Assembly (NCBI GenBank): GCA_964016885.1
Contig: OZ024740.1
Span: 56,172,001-56,236,000 of the forward strand
Source: Eledone cirrhosa
Lineage: Eukaryota
Length of the DNA: 64,000 bases
Direction of reading: 5' to 3'
In this document: positions 10,966-25,176 of the stretch, piece after piece
How the letters are laid out: each line of letters opens with the position of its first letter
Position numbering within the stretch: the stretch's first letter is position 1
Made by a program: the position numbers and the translations under genes
Notes under the pieces: model-generated
What the model was told of the DNA's origin: nothing
Database searches by the model: none
What the model saw: the letters and a program-made list of their open reading frames with translations, nothing else

Positions 10966-11855
10966 CCATTGTCTTGTTTACATATATTTAGATTTTTCGT
11001 TTTATATTCGTCTGATAGAAGTAAAAATAAATAAAAGCTAACATAGCGAAATATTCTTTGTCATTCTTTTAATTTTTTCTGTCCTTGTTTTATAACTTAT
11101 TTATCTACTTTTTTGTATTTCTTTCTCGGTGAGGACAGAGAGATAATCAAATATATACACCCATAAAATATAATAAGTAGTGCCACGAATAATATAAAAA
11201 TACAGAAATAAAAATGTGATCAATCCAAGCGACAGGCTAGTTTTTAAAGCAAATTCTTTGTCGCATCTTTGATAATAAAGTTGTATTTTGCTGCGGGAAT
11301 AACTCGTTGGATAAACAAGTCAGTTGCTTTATGTTAAGTTCTTAGTTTAAGTGTGAGAAAATAAAATTACCATCCTCTAGCTTTTGGCCAAAATACTTCG
11401 CCTAAGAGACTCGTTTTATAAGACAGACAACAGGACAAATATTCAATCAGAGTAAAGCTTCGATTTTCTTGAATAGAATCTCAAACGTAATAAAGAAAAG
11501 CTAAGTCTTGCCCTGGGCGGTAGCGAATTGGTTTTCGCAAATAGTCACCCAATGTTCTTTATTGAGAAGGCGATGTTCTCGAAGACTTCAACGCACCTAC
11601 TAATGTCGACTCCACTTCTCTAAACATGATAGTTACCAATTCCTTGGATTTATTTATGTATATATATTTTCCACATTATTATTTTTTCTTAATGTAAGAA
11701 TGCAAAACATATATCTACATACATTTGTGTTTGTGAATAAAGAACTATATTTTCCTGTAAGATTGTTCATGGGTACGTGTGGGTATAATTATGGATATAA
11801 ATATTTATATATGAATATAAGTGAAATGCATAAATGTGTATCTCTCTATCTATTT

Positions 11856-12170
<315 letters not shown>

Positions 12171-12171
12171 T

Positions 12172-12310
<139 letters not shown>

Positions 12311-12367
12311 CGAGTGTATGCTTCTCTATGTTCATACACATGTATCTATGTGTAGCATGTGTTCATG

Positions 12368-12400
<33 letters not shown>

Positions 12401-14408
12401 CTGTGTGTGTGTGTACTTTTTGTATTTTTTTATATCTAGGTGTATGCTCGTTTACGTATGTGTGTATGTGTATATATATATATATATATATATGGTCATG
12501 TATGTTAGTATGCATGAACGTGTTCTTTGTTTATCTAGCTGATTGGAATTACTGGATTTTTTAGTTATGTTGAAGCACTATCCTCATTTTTTCTAGTCTT
12601 TTACTGTATGTAGGTTTCAATATTTATTGTTTATTTCTTATTATTTATGTTATTGTATTTATTTATTTCCTCGATGTTATAGTTGTTATGTTGTTTGAGA
12701 TATTTTATTCTGTTCTTGATTGTCTAAATAATAGTTTTGTTGATAGTCAATTCTTGTATTGTTTGAGTTAATATTTGTATTGTTGGTTGTCAATGATTGT
12801 AACCATATATCTGAAGTTGATGTATCAATGAATTGCTTGAGGCCACCTTACTCTAATTGTAGCCAGCGGGAGTTTACTGATCAGAGACAGCAAGGAGGGA
12901 GAAAAAAATCTATAAAGGATATTTTTGTTTTGATTTTTTGAAAATTTTAAAATTCTTTGACAAGTGCTATTGCCAGGATTTTGATTCATTTTGGTAAACA
13001 GTTAAATAGTTGTTAAATAGTTGAATACACTTTTATAGGAAATACTACTGAAATGTAATGTCGCTCGCACAAACTAGTGGAATGTGGAACATTTTATAAA
13101 AGCTACATAATATTTCAGGGACAATAACCGTAATAAAAATTATATATATATAAAAAATAGGGTAGCATTTTGATGGCTAATGAATCTTGTACAACTCTTT
13201 CTCGTTTGTTCTACGGAAGGCCGTAAAAAGTCAAGTCGGCGATCCTGTGTCTCATTCTAGATACAGGCATTTATTTACCTTCACTGACATTACTAACAGC
13301 ATTGTTGTATCACACTAACAACTCCATCCATTTTACGTGACGTTATTAAGAGTATTTTGGTCATAAGTTAGATATTATAATTTGATTGTGTTCATTTAAT
13401 CCTTAACTGACCATAACTCCTGATGCATTTGAAGTGGTACTGTCTTGAAATACGGCGTGCCTTGGGTATTTTAAACCTGGTGGAACCCATCTTTTTCCGC
13501 GTCTAAACACAACCGATTCTTTTAAAAGAAAAATCAAGAGAGAAATAATTGACTCCAGTAATGGACTGATACTTTATGTAAAGATGAAAGGCAAATTTGA
13601 CATCGGCAGGATTTGAATTCAGAGCACAGTGAATCAGAACAAATACCGAGGCATTTTTCAACCAACACACTAACAACACTGTCAATTCACAGCCTTGTTG
13701 CCTAACATCAGCTTCATAGCATTAACCTTATCTGGCTAATAAAGTACCAAATAAGTAAGGGTGTCGATATAATTGACAGTACTCTCACCTCATATTTATG
13801 AGTTGGAACTTATGTTAGTAAGTATTATCTAGTATTATAATTGGCATATACTATATGGAATTATGTTGGGTTAATTAATCCCGTAACCATATTGGGATGC
13901 TGGGAACAGCACCGAATTGCCAGATAGTGTAATGGATGAGATGTAAGATGGCCTCAAATATGTAACTGGTTAACATGGTACGGAATTGACTAACCCAACA
14001 TAGCGAAATCGTTAGTAGATCTTTTCTTTTCCTCAGAAGAACTACTACGCCCTAGGTGAGCCAATTTCAATGGTATCCTCTTGGTTGTTCCTTGGCGTTT
14101 CTCTCTCAGGTTTTTTCGTGAACAAGGATTTTTTCATCAAATTTCATAATATTCATACACTGGAGAGCATTCAAAATAAATCAAACTGACTTGCTTTCTG
14201 CCCATATATTAATAGCTTCTAACATACACATGAAACCAGAAATTTAGAGGGAAAGCTATAGTTCATTACTTTACTGGATCTTTATTTAATAGACCTCGAA
14301 AAGTAAAAAATAAGTTGAACTCTGTAAAAATGTCCTTAACTAAAAAACGCATCGAATTTTTGCCTAACTATTCTGTCAACAAAACTTCCTCTCTATAAAC
14401 AAAATAAT

Positions 14409-14595
14409 TGTTTCTACTTTTGGCACAAGGCCAGCAATTATCTCAGTGTATTACTGGTACTTTATTTTATCGACCCCGTAAGGATGAAAGGCAAAGTTAA
14501 CCTCGGCGGGATTTGAACTTAGACCATAAGGAACCATAACTCTTTGCTGCAAAGCATAGCGTCCGACCCTCTACTGATACTGCCAATCCACCGCC
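14409..14595 (-). mobile_element. tRNA-derived SINE with a Meta-like central domain
   Basis: A box TGGCAGTATCAG, B box GTTCAAATCC, central GCCTTTCATCCTTACGGGGTCGATAAAATAAAGTACCAG, AATTATT tail, TSD TATAAACAAAATAAT. Older copies lie at ~13545-13695, 14240-14385 and 14795-14985. Confidence 0.85.
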
Positions 14596-15278
14596 CTATA
14601 AACAAAATAATGCTGGATACTTCCATAGTGGCCCAACGATATTATTTCAGCCTGGTTGCTAGAATGATTCAAATATCGGTTTAGTACACAAGATGAGATT
14701 TGAACTCAAAACACAGAGAGATGTTTATACACGATTTATTTTGTCACTTCCCTGTAAGCTCTTCAGTCTATACAAATATGGATTTATTACTTAAGAACAA
14801 GGCCAATTATTGGAGGAGAGGTGGATAGGTGAACCAATGAACATCAGTATATGATTAATACTATATTTCAGGAATACTGTTGTGCGGAACTAAGAAGTAA
14901 TATCGATTTGAAGACTGGACGATGAAAGATGAAATTCAATACTGTAAAGCTTTTAATCCGGCTGTCTAAAGTTGCTGTCACTCACTGTCATTCAATATAA
15001 CATATAGCTAGCTTATTTATCTGGCAACAAAAGAATATAATAATATTACTACATATTACAAAATGTGTAAACGCGGCTGTTAGAACTACTAGAGACAGCA
15101 GGCAGTTTTTCTTTAAATTCCACCCGACAGTCTTTAAAAGAGTATACATCTGAATGAAGTAGCCATGTAAGAGCAAACCCAGAGAGAAGAACAGAATGGT
15201 CATGATTGGAATGCCAGGTCTGTTTCTTCAGGGCTGACTTCAAACCAAAATATATAGCATTATCAAAGAACCATTAAG

Positions 15279-15471
15279 GGGTGGTGGATTGGCAGTATCG
15301 GTAAAGCGTCAGACACCATGATTTGCAGCATAGAGTTATGGCATATACGTTCTGAATTCAAATCCCGCCGAGGTTAAATTTGCCTTTCATCCTTACGAGG
15401 TCGATAAAATAAAGTACCAGTAATGCACTGCGGTAATTACTGGCCTTGTGCCAAAAGTAGAAACAATTATT
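15279..15471 (+). mobile_element. tRNA-derived SINE, same family
   Basis: Full head/core/tail; TSD AAAGAACCATT on both sides. Confidence 0.88.
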
Positions 15472-15495
15472 AAAGAACCATTGCTATGACTGTTA

Positions 15496-15534
<39 letters not shown>

Positions 15535-15621
15535 GTGTGTGTGGCGTGTGTGTTTCTGTGTGTATATGTTTATATATATTTATATCAGGTTCAATTAAAA
15601 AGAAACCATCAGAAAAGCTTT

Positions 15622-15676
<55 letters not shown>

Positions 15677-16364
15677 GTGTTTCCAAGTATTTGTGGGATA
15701 TTCCATATCAGCTAAAACACTAGAGAGGATGGGATGCTATCTCTCTCTTTACCTCTCCAGTACAGAAACTAACAGAGATATACGGATGGATAGTTTCTGG
15801 TTCAACCCATACCGATATATTATAAATATAGTTAGAAAATACTAATCATGAATGAAAGATCTAAAAAATTACTCAGTAAAATTACCCGCTTATCTGTGTA
15901 AGATGAAATATTTAATAAATGAATACATGCTAGATACTGTTCCTATGAAATTTTAATCGTCTTCTATTACAAATACAATTGTATCAGTCAATCATTGTTA
16001 AAAGTTTTCTTCTCTTATTTTCCTTTCTTTTAACCATTCCTCTTCTTGTTACCCCTCCATTTATTTATTTTAGATTTGACCACAACTTTTCATAATATAT
16101 AAGCGTCAGAGTAATCCCTTAATGGCCCTTTGACAGCCCTTGTCATTCTTAATTAATCCCAAAAGCTTAAACGCGACCTTTGTTCAATCGAAAATTTAAC
16201 AAGAAATTCTTCTCTATTCATTCCCCTACGACACATAAATGGTCGGCTCCAGCAATTCTCTTTCATCAAGTATTTTGTCCTGGTGTCAACTATCTGATAA
16301 TTCTTGCTGTTATCTGATAATTCGGAATGTCATGGTATCTTCTACTCTATTCTCTCCTGCTCCC

Positions 16365-17060
16365 ATTATCACTACCACCATCACTATTTTCACGGTCACC
16401 ATCACTAAGACAACCACTCTCATCATTATCACCATTTCTATCACCATCGCCACCACCGGCAACCCCACCAACAACACCAACAACCTGTACCTCCATCCCT
16501 ACTACCACCATTACCCCACCATCATCACCACACCATCATTACCCCACTACCATCACCAACATTACCTCCACACAACTCTTACCACCAGCCGCATTGTCTC
16601 GCCACCATTACCAGCAGTTACAATGCTCCACTACCATTATCACCAGTTTCCTAACCCCCACCACCATCACCACCAGTACCATTTTTGTTTTCTATCTTTG
16701 TAAAGACGTTTCCAGAAAACTTCAGAGTGGGTAACGGTTTCGATGTTTCACCTTCTGGCCCAGTCCATGTTACAATATGTTCATAGATTGAAATATTGTT
16801 TGATTCCACCACTATCACCAACATCAACACCACCAACAAACATCACTCCAGTGTATTGTACTACAATATCCCACTAACATCAACTCTACGCCCACGATTA
16901 CCATAATGATCCCCCATCACCAGAAACAATACCACACCAACATGAACACTACCACTATGATCGACATCCTCAACACCATCATTTCCATCACAAATATTCC
17001 TACTAGTTATCTCACCACATCCATCCACATGTATTCCTTTTACCATCACATTCATTTCTT
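16365..17060. repeat. Degenerate (CAC/CAT)n low-complexity tract
   Basis: ACC/ATC trinucleotide-rich sequence; explains the Thr/His-rich spurious ORFs. Confidence 0.8.
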
Positions 17061-17064
17061 CTCT

Positions 17065-19020
17065 TCTTCGCCCACTTATTCCTAAGAGAGTCACTGGGGC
17101 ACAGTCCTCAAACATTCCTTCCAGCGGGTCCTGTCAGAAGCAACCACCTCCAACTGATCAGGCTGGATTCCCAAACGAGAAGAACCAAGCGGCGCATGGA
17201 TATTATCCAAACATCTTGCTCGGGGTCTGCCTCTGGGTTTTCAGCCGGTTGGTTTTGCCATAAAAGCTGATAAGCGATTCATTCCTGAGACATTCTAACT
17301 ACTTGTCTATAGTATCGGAGCTGTGATCACAATTCGGAGAAGTAGCGACACTACTTGGAGTGGCTCTCTGATTTCTAAGCTACGCACTGTAACACGTAAT
17401 ATTACTCCAAAGACCCAACAGAGGAATCCCATTTTTGCCGTGTGTATTCGTGATCGTGTTATTTCGGTCTTTACCCAAGATTCTAGACCATAGGTAAGTA
17501 TTTGTACGAATACCGAACTGAAGATAGCCTGTTTGGCTTTTACACCTACCTCCCTTTTTCTGATTACCGAATGCGGAAGCTGGCGTTTTACTGCACCAGC
17601 TCCTACAATTCTTGCACTTAATTCAGCTTCCTGCTTTCCATCCCCGAGGTACTTGAAGACAACCTCTAGGTACTTGAACGTCTCCACCTGCTTCACTGGA
17701 AATCAATTCCTTGAGAGAGGACGAGTGTCTCAGTTTTCGAGGCACTGATTTTCATTCCAGCCATGCAGCACTCGGCATCATACTATGAAATGCACGCCGG
17801 AGATGACATTCTGACGTCTGCAAGTTCCAACCGACAGATTTTACACCCGCCGGTCATGATACCGCTTGCTACCCTGGAAGAGAGTTTGAAAATACGCACC
17901 CTCGGTGGCGCCCGACTCCCACATTGAATGGTTTCGAATTAGTACCATTTATCCGAACACAATATTCGAGCATTCGTATAGTGACATCAGAGCAACAAGA
18001 AGCTGACTATCGATCCTATACTCCTGTAGAGCCTTTCACAGCTGGTCCCGAGGAACGTGGTCATGTGACTCTTCAAGGTCGATAAAACAAGATGATATCT
18101 CTTGGCAATATTCCTGCTATTTTTTCGAAGACCTGCCGCAGTGTAAATATTTGGTCGGCTGTGCTGCATCCGGAGAGACAACCGCACAGTTCATCAGCTA
18201 GTCTTTATCAGGAGGCTTTACAAGGAGATCCCTCTGTAATTGAAACAATCTCTCTTGTCTTCGTTTTCGAAAATTGAGGGTGATCACTCCCGATTGGCGT
18301 TGCTTAGGTGCCTTTCCAGAGATCCAAGCCACTCGGCACACACGAGTCAACCAGATAATAGCTTCTCTATTTAGGGCTTTTAACATCTCAGACAAGATTT
18401 CATCTTCCACAACGGCCTTGCTACATTCGAACTCTTTAACTGTTCTTGTGACCTCAACCTCTGAGACATTACCACTCCCAGATGCACTTCGTGTACATCA
18501 GATGATGCTGTTGTAATCGAGTTTAGGAGATCTGCAAAGTATTCTCTCTCCCTTGCGCGGATGTACCTCTCTGAAGAGAGAACTCCAGTCACGTTCATAG
18601 TAGCAGGTGTGGGGGAGGACTTCTTATTGGGAAGTGGGTGGATGGTCGCCAGAATACTTAATTTGCTGATCTGAAGTCGGATTCCAGCTTAACCCCAAAG
18701 TTCTTTGGACGCCTTTACTGTGTCTGCTGCGACTCTTTGTTTCCGGTTTGTATCGCAAGTACAAGAGCGAGGATTTATTTCCAAGCAAAGCTTTGAATGT
18801 CTCGTTCGTTGCTCGGATAGCATCTTTGACCTCATGATTGAACCAAAGGATCCTCCAGCGATCTGGCGCAGCATTTAACAGCTGTCTCGACATCCTCGGT
18901 GTGCTCAAGGGAATTCTCTGATTTTCGATGCAATTGTATCTGCATAAGTGGCTCTGACTTCTTTACTCCCAACGATTCCTTTATGCGACCGTCCCGTGCC
19001 TCACAGGACAGGCCCGCAGG
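17065..19020 (-). pseudogene. Decayed RTE-clade LINE (Rex3/Expander-like) RT region and 3' end
   Basis: Fragmented peptides WFNHEVKDAIR, EILSEMLKALNREAIIWLTRVCRVAW, QVETFKYL, ILTYGLESWV..SRIHTAKMGFL; many stops and frameshifts. Confidence 0.8.
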
Positions 19021-19278
19021 CTCATCTCAGTTTTTGCGGCATGAAATAGAGTCTGTAATATCTTGTGCCTTTTGTACCTGCGCGAAGGACGATTTCTTTG
19101 TAATATTTTTACATCTAAAGATGATTTTTTCATAGTGACCGTTAAACTCTCTCATATACAATTTCGTTTTATAATTTGCAAAGAAGTTAGTGATTAAAGT
19201 AAAACAAAAGACACAATTATCTAGAGAATCTGATATACGTCAATTCAAAATCCAAGTTTCCAATGATTCGACTGTGTT

Positions 19279-19727
19279 AATAATGGTTTCTGATTTCGGC
19301 ACAAGGCCAGCAAATTTAGGGGCGGGGAATGTCGATCAGATCGACCCTAGTGCATGACTGGTACTTTATTTCATCGACTCTGTAAGGATGAAAGGCATAA
19401 TTAGCATTAGCGGGAATAAAACACAGAAGGGTCGTAACTTTATACTGCAAAGCATGTTGTCCAACGTACTGCCCATACTGCCAATAACCGCCCTTGACTG
19501 TCTTAATAATAATTTCAAGTAAAGGCACAAGATCAGTAATTTGGGGGGGAGGGGAAAGTCGATTAAATCGATCTCAGTATGTGACTGGTGCTTTATTTTA
19601 TCGACCCCGTAAGGATGAAAGGCAAAGTTAACCTCGACGAGATTTGAACTCAGACCGTAAAGGACCGTAACTCTATGCTGCAAAGCATGGTGTCCGTCTC
19701 TCTACCGATACTGCCAATACATCGCCC
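19279..19727 (-). mobile_element. Two adjacent tRNA-derived SINEs (~19279-19495 and ~19510-19727)
   Basis: Both carry the Meta-like core; the second is flanked by TSD TGACTGTCTTAATAATA. Confidence 0.82.
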
Positions 19728-20074
19728 TGACTGTCTTAATAATAGTAAATATTAATATTTTGTATTTATTAGTTTTCGTAAACCTCAGCTAGGATCGAGT
19801 GGACCTACAATGAAGTGCTACAGCTAAGAACCTCACCGTTATAATGGGAGGTGGGAGCGCTTTCAGTAGGTACATTGTCCAATATATTCTATTTTTAGTT
19901 GGTCATGTAACCAAATAGACGTGCCATCTTTATCTCACCCTGTGATAAGTACTTACTTGTACTTGTGTCGGTGTTCACCCGGGGTGGGTTGAGCCGACTC
20001 TATCGAAGGAATTCACAGTGAAGTTCATTTCAATAGAGTTACTTCGGGCGATTGGTTTCACGTGCGGTGTCCAG

Positions 20075-22450
20075 CGGCAAAAATATACCCTCAATGCTCA
20101 TATGATGATGTGGACAAACATAATGCAGCCCAATAAACGGACTGCCAACAGCTTCCAGGCCTGGAACAATGACGTGCCAGCGTTGTATGGGCTTCGAAAA
20201 GACCATAAGACAAGCAGTGACCCTGTCACAGGACCACCAACACTGCCAGTCTGTGGAGCTAACATTGCTAGTAACTACAGACTTTCCTGCTTCCTCTCCC
20301 TGATCATACGCCCCATCATTGAAATGTCCCCAGATATATGTGACAGCACGGAGGACCTCCTCAGCTGAATCAGCGATAATAAGCGATCTAGGGACCTAAC
20401 AGACCGTATAATAGGTAGTATGGATGTTGTGTCCCTATATCCATCCATTACCGTGGATTTTGCTGTGGAGAAATGCGTAGAAATGATCAGTGAGAGCAAT
20501 GTTGAATTCCGTGGGATTGATACTAGTCAGCTGGGACTCCTACTTAAACTTACTTATAGTAATGATTATCTAGATACGTATGACCTTAGCAACCTCTGCC
20601 CCACAAGACCAGCAAGAGGCAGACCACCTACCATTACCTCAATGGCCAAGAAAACCCACACAGAAAGATGGAACGGGTGGACCAGAGCCATACGGACCCC
20701 CGAAAACCACGATGAACTAAAGAAAATGATTGCACATGCGGTGGGGGCCAGTATAAAACTAACCCTTAAGGACATATGTTCAAATTTAATGGAAAAACAT
20801 ATGCCCAAGAGGAGGGAGCAGCCATTGGTGTTAGCATTGCAGGTGACATAGCTAACCTATTCATGGTATGGTGGGACAATAAACTTAAACTTAAAGAACA
20901 ATTAGTAGACAGCAACCTCTTAACCCTGATAATATACTCCCGCTACGTTGATGATATAAACATCGTAGTAAAAACACCCCCACTAGAGAACAGTCAGGAA
21001 TTAGAGAAAAACACCATGGAAAGCATCCAGCAAATAGCTAACTCCATCCACCAGAGTATTATAGTTACTATAGACTACCCAAGCAAAAATCCCAACCATC
21101 GATTACCTGTACTGGACACAGAGCTCTGGTTACAAACCATTAATAACAAAAAACAAATCCTCCATTCCCATTATGCCAAACCCATGACTTCCAAATATCT
21201 GATCCACCGAAACTCAGCTGTTTCGGATCACACCAAAATCAACATACTGATTGCGGATTTGGTACGGGTGATGAGAAACGTGTCCCGCATGTGCAACCCC
21301 AAAGAACTAGAGAGACATACAACACTTCATCCGCCGTATGCATTTCTCTGGTTACAATCAGAGAGATAAAATCAGAGTATATAGAGGAGCCAGAACCAAA
21401 TGGGAAAAATGGTAAATAATGATACAAATGGGACCTGCCCCTTGTATAGAAGCAAATTTTAGAATAGAATAGAAAGAACTAGGAATAAGGTTAATAGAAT
21501 AAACTCATGGTATGATAGCAATAAATACCAGAGTGTAATGTTCCTCAATACAACCCCTAGAGGTGAATTAGCTTACAAATTTAGAAGGGCCCTAGATAAA
21601 CATAAACTCAATATTAAGATAGTAGAAAGACCAGGTACCTCCATAAAAACACTTACTAGCAATACATACCCTTTTCAAAGACCTCCCTGTATAGATAAGA
21701 AATGCATAATCTGTAAACTAAGCCCCCATATTTACTCTAAAACTAGAAAGGAAGTATATAGCATAAAATGTACTGAAGGACAATGTAAAGATAAGAATAT
21801 AGTGTACATATGTGAGACAGCTCATAGTATAGGAGAACGGTTAAATGAACACTGGCGAGACCTTCAAGATAGTAAAGAATCATATGTACTCCACCAACAT
21901 GCTAAAAGAGAACATAAGGGCAAATTAGAGAGCATAGAAATAAAAATAGAATCTACACACAGAAAAGACGCAATGTTTAGACAAATCACAGAGGCAATAA
22001 ACATAAATGAACTCCAACCAAAATTAAATAGAAAACATGAATGGAATAGCAACATCACAACTTACAATTAAGGACAAAATGAAAACACACACACATAGAA
22101 CAAACAACCAACCAGTAACATGTAAATAAACAAATAAATAAACAAATAAAAACACACACAGACACCCGGATGTAACATATGTGCAAACTAAGCACACAAC
22201 ACACACAAAAACAAGATGGCGTAGGACAGAACAAAAGAGATGCACAAAACAAAGAAAAGAATCCCCTGTCACTGAAGAGGTCACAGAACTTTGACAATAT
22301 ATGAACAATCGTCCGGTTATGGAACCAACCAACCAACCGGAAATTTATAAATTCTTAAATTTATAAATTTAATTTATAATAAATTGGAGTGAAAGCAACT
22401 GGTGCGTGTGTTTCTTATTGGCAACATGACCCGCCCAAAGCATAACAATA
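20075..22450 (+). mobile_element. 5'-truncated, decayed Penelope-like element (RT + GIY-YIG + pLTR)
   Basis: PLE RT motifs LYGLRKDHK, GSMDVVSLYPSI, FKFNGKTYAQEEGAAIG, YSRYVDDI, LPVLD, with stops and frameshifts. The non-coding 3' part has a CTGAAGA hammerhead remnant and ends in (TA)n. Confidence 0.9.
21538..22071 (+). pseudogene. GIY-YIG endonuclease domain of the PLE
   Basis: CIDKKCIIC linker, VYSIKC..C..VYICET..IGERLNEH, LHQH..EH, RQITEA, PKLNRK; upstream stops disconnect it from the RT. Confidence 0.85.
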
Positions 22451-22481
<31 letters not shown>

Positions 22482-22544
22482 ACTTATTCCTAATTAAAGT
22501 ATATTTCACTGGGAACAATTTGTCAGTATTTTCTTTTCCGTTTA

Positions 22545-22602
<58 letters not shown>

Positions 22603-22607
<5 letters not shown>

Positions 22608-22768
22608 TTGGTGCTCTGAAATAGCTATGTATACATGAATGTATGTATAGTATATTTGGCAATATACCGTATATTTAATTAAAAACATTTAGAAGACCAC
22701 ACGCTATCAGTTTAGAGTAGTGACTATGTTTTTAATTAAACATACGGTGTCTTGCCAAATATACTAGA
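22603..22768 (-). repeat. Short interspersed repeat with a ~41 bp internal inverted duplication; second copy at ~62407-62526
   Basis: TAGTATATTTGGCAATATACCGTATATTTAATTAAAAACAT is mirrored by ATGTTTTTAATTAAACATACGGTGTCTTGCCAAATATACTA; both copies abut (TA)n. Confidence 0.7.
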
Positions 22769-22938
22769 CAGATAGATGAGAAACAAAACGAGGATGTAGT
22801 TTATGGAACACCCAAATGATTTGGATGTCGACGTTAAGTAGGAGCAATAACATTATGAAAGACATGAATGACACCACTTGATTTTGTTTGGAAAATTTTG
22901 AAAGTAGGTTTATAAGTATGAATTTTCTTTAAATGTTT

Positions 22939-23163
22939 GTAGTTGTTTGAGTGGCCTATTTGCAGGTACTAGAGACCGTGGAGATCCCGGCCTTGGGTTC
23001 AATCCTGGTCAAGAGTCACATGTGTCTTTTTCAGTTTTTATTTTACATCCCATAGAAAAAGACTGAAAAGGTTAACCGAGACCATACTCCCGACCATGAT
23101 TGAACTTCAGACCAGGATCACCACCGTCTATGATTCCCCCAGCTAGGCCGCCAAGACAGCTAC
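22939..23163. repeat. Diverged inverted pair of tRNA-like heads
   Basis: 22939-23017 aligns with the reverse complement of ~23086-23163; both have a GTTCAATC B-box-like motif; the centre has TTTTCAGT..ACTGAAAA. Confidence 0.55.
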
Positions 23164-23926
23164 AAAAGTATAGCATTATATATGTAGGTGGGTCCCCTTC
23201 ATCTCCTGGCAACCAATATTTTTAGACCCTGTCCGCCACTGATCAAAGGTATTCCATATATGATGATCTTCGTTGTTTTTGTTTTTGTTTTTGTATATTA
23301 TAAACTAATATAATGTCTCTCATTTAAGTAACTTAAGGGAAACGTGGCTGTTACTACTAACAGAATATATTTATAATCAAGTTAAAATCATAGTGTCGAT
23401 TTCAGTTTAACGACTGACGAGAGAAGATGATGTGTTTAGTCTCTGTCGTATTTGGTCACATCTCCATTGTTTCGAGCAGACATCTTGTAAGTACATTTAG
23501 TTTGTAATTAGCTCTGTTATAATGAGTGTATTAGTAACGAGTTTGGCAGTCGGTGGTCTTATCCACTGGGTGTTTTTTATTGTTGTTTTTTTATTGGTTT
23601 TGTTTTTGGAATATATTGTTAACGTACAGGGACATGCATCTGAGTCTCCTATTTGCTTATTTACATAATAGTTTACCGTTTGTTTCCCACTCCAACAGGA
23701 AGAATTTACATGATGCGATTTACGTATGGGCCGAAGAACACCCGTACGTAAAATATAACTTACATCATGTAAATTTAGTTTTTGTAGTGTGAAATCAAAC
23801 AGTAGCTTATTATGTCATATCATGTATATAGTTAATATTAGCTCGTCCATGATATATAGAACCCTCCTTGCATTTGTTAATCGTTACACTACGCACACAC
23901 TGACACACACTCACATATATACACAT

Positions 23927-23982
<56 letters not shown>

Positions 23983-24027
23983 ATGATAATAAATGTGAAG
24001 ACTAAAATCCGAAGAGGGGAGGGCTCG

Positions 24028-24100
24028 ATAAGTTTCAGAAGATCCCGTTAAGGATGAAAGCAGCGATTCTTTGCTTAAACCTTAATATGTTATTTTAATA
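24028..24100. repeat. Short interspersed repeat; inverted homolog at ~58412-58482
   Basis: AGTTTCAGAAGATCCCGTTAAGGATGAAAGCAGCGATTCTTTGCTTAAAC is matched in reverse at ~58433-58482. Confidence 0.7.
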
Positions 24101-24125
24101 TATATATGTATGATTATATATATAT

Positions 24126-24309
<184 letters not shown>

Positions 24310-24373
24310 ATTGTCACATCTCGGTGTTTTGACTGTCTTTCTCTCTATGTATTTTATATCAGTAATAATGTAC

Positions 24374-24925
24374 ATGGTGGCTGCCAACTCGTTTTCGAGT
24401 ACGGCCACTACTTTATATCCATGTAGGAGAACCCCTACCGATGCGCTGAACGAGTGTGACTTTTTAGTCCAGCCAGCGACTTGAAAACTCTGGTACAAAC
24501 ACTACACTTGTGACAATTATTGACACATAGTGCTGGGCCCATGGTACCATGTGACGACAAGTGCAGAGAGATCTCCAGCTATAAAGCAATGCCTGTGCCG
24601 TGAAGCTTTTATAGTGAGCAAAGGCACAGCACAAAGTCCCACTCTCTTAACCAAGATGATATTTACCAAAAAGAAGAACAAGTCAACATCATTGGATACC
24701 ATCAGGGTTGCAGGTGTTGTATCAGAGTTTTCCTTCTCCTAGAATTCTGCCTTGACAAAGGCTAAGGGGCCATCTCTCCCGTTGATTTTGGATGGCCATT
24801 GAGTCTTAAGAGCTCCTTTGCCCTTTGACAGGTTTTGTTTTTAGTCCTGCAGGATGTCCAAAGTCACCCTCCTCGCGAAGAAACCTTGGTGGGGTTGCCA
24901 GTTTAGTCGCCAACGACCCGACCAT
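24374..24925 (-). mobile_element. RTE-derived internally deleted non-autonomous element, family A (slightly 5'-truncated)
   Basis: On the minus strand: RTE-type 5'UTR motif TCTAGGAGAAGGAAAACTCTG, then a C2H2 remnant HKCSVCTRVFKSLAGLKSHTRSAHR*, a 3' stem-loop GTGGCCGTACTCGAAAACGAGTTGGCAGCCAC and a (TATG) tail. Confidence 0.8.
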
Positions 24926-24967
24926 ACATACATAGATACATGTATATATATATACGTATATATATGT

Positions 24968-25009
<42 letters not shown>

Positions 25010-25035
25010 GTATATATATACGTATATATATGTAC

Positions 25036-25072
<37 letters not shown>

Positions 25073-25121
25073 AAATAAAGTTAAATAAAAGTCAAATGAT
25101 TAAAATTTAGCTTCGTTTATT

Positions 25122-25176
25122 ACTGCTATATATATTTCAGTGACAGCCCTCTTTGGCTGTGACCTCTTCAGGCAGT
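25122..25176 (-). ncRNA. Type I hammerhead ribozyme (inverted-arm copy)
   Basis: Reverse complement of 28968-29022. Confidence 0.8.

Noticed and set aside
14037-14055. 19-nt plus-strand micro-exon (TTTTCCTCAG|AAGAACTACTACGCCCTAG|GTGAGC)
   Set aside because: Good splice signals, but too short to support without transcripts, and on the opposite strand to the other exon candidate.
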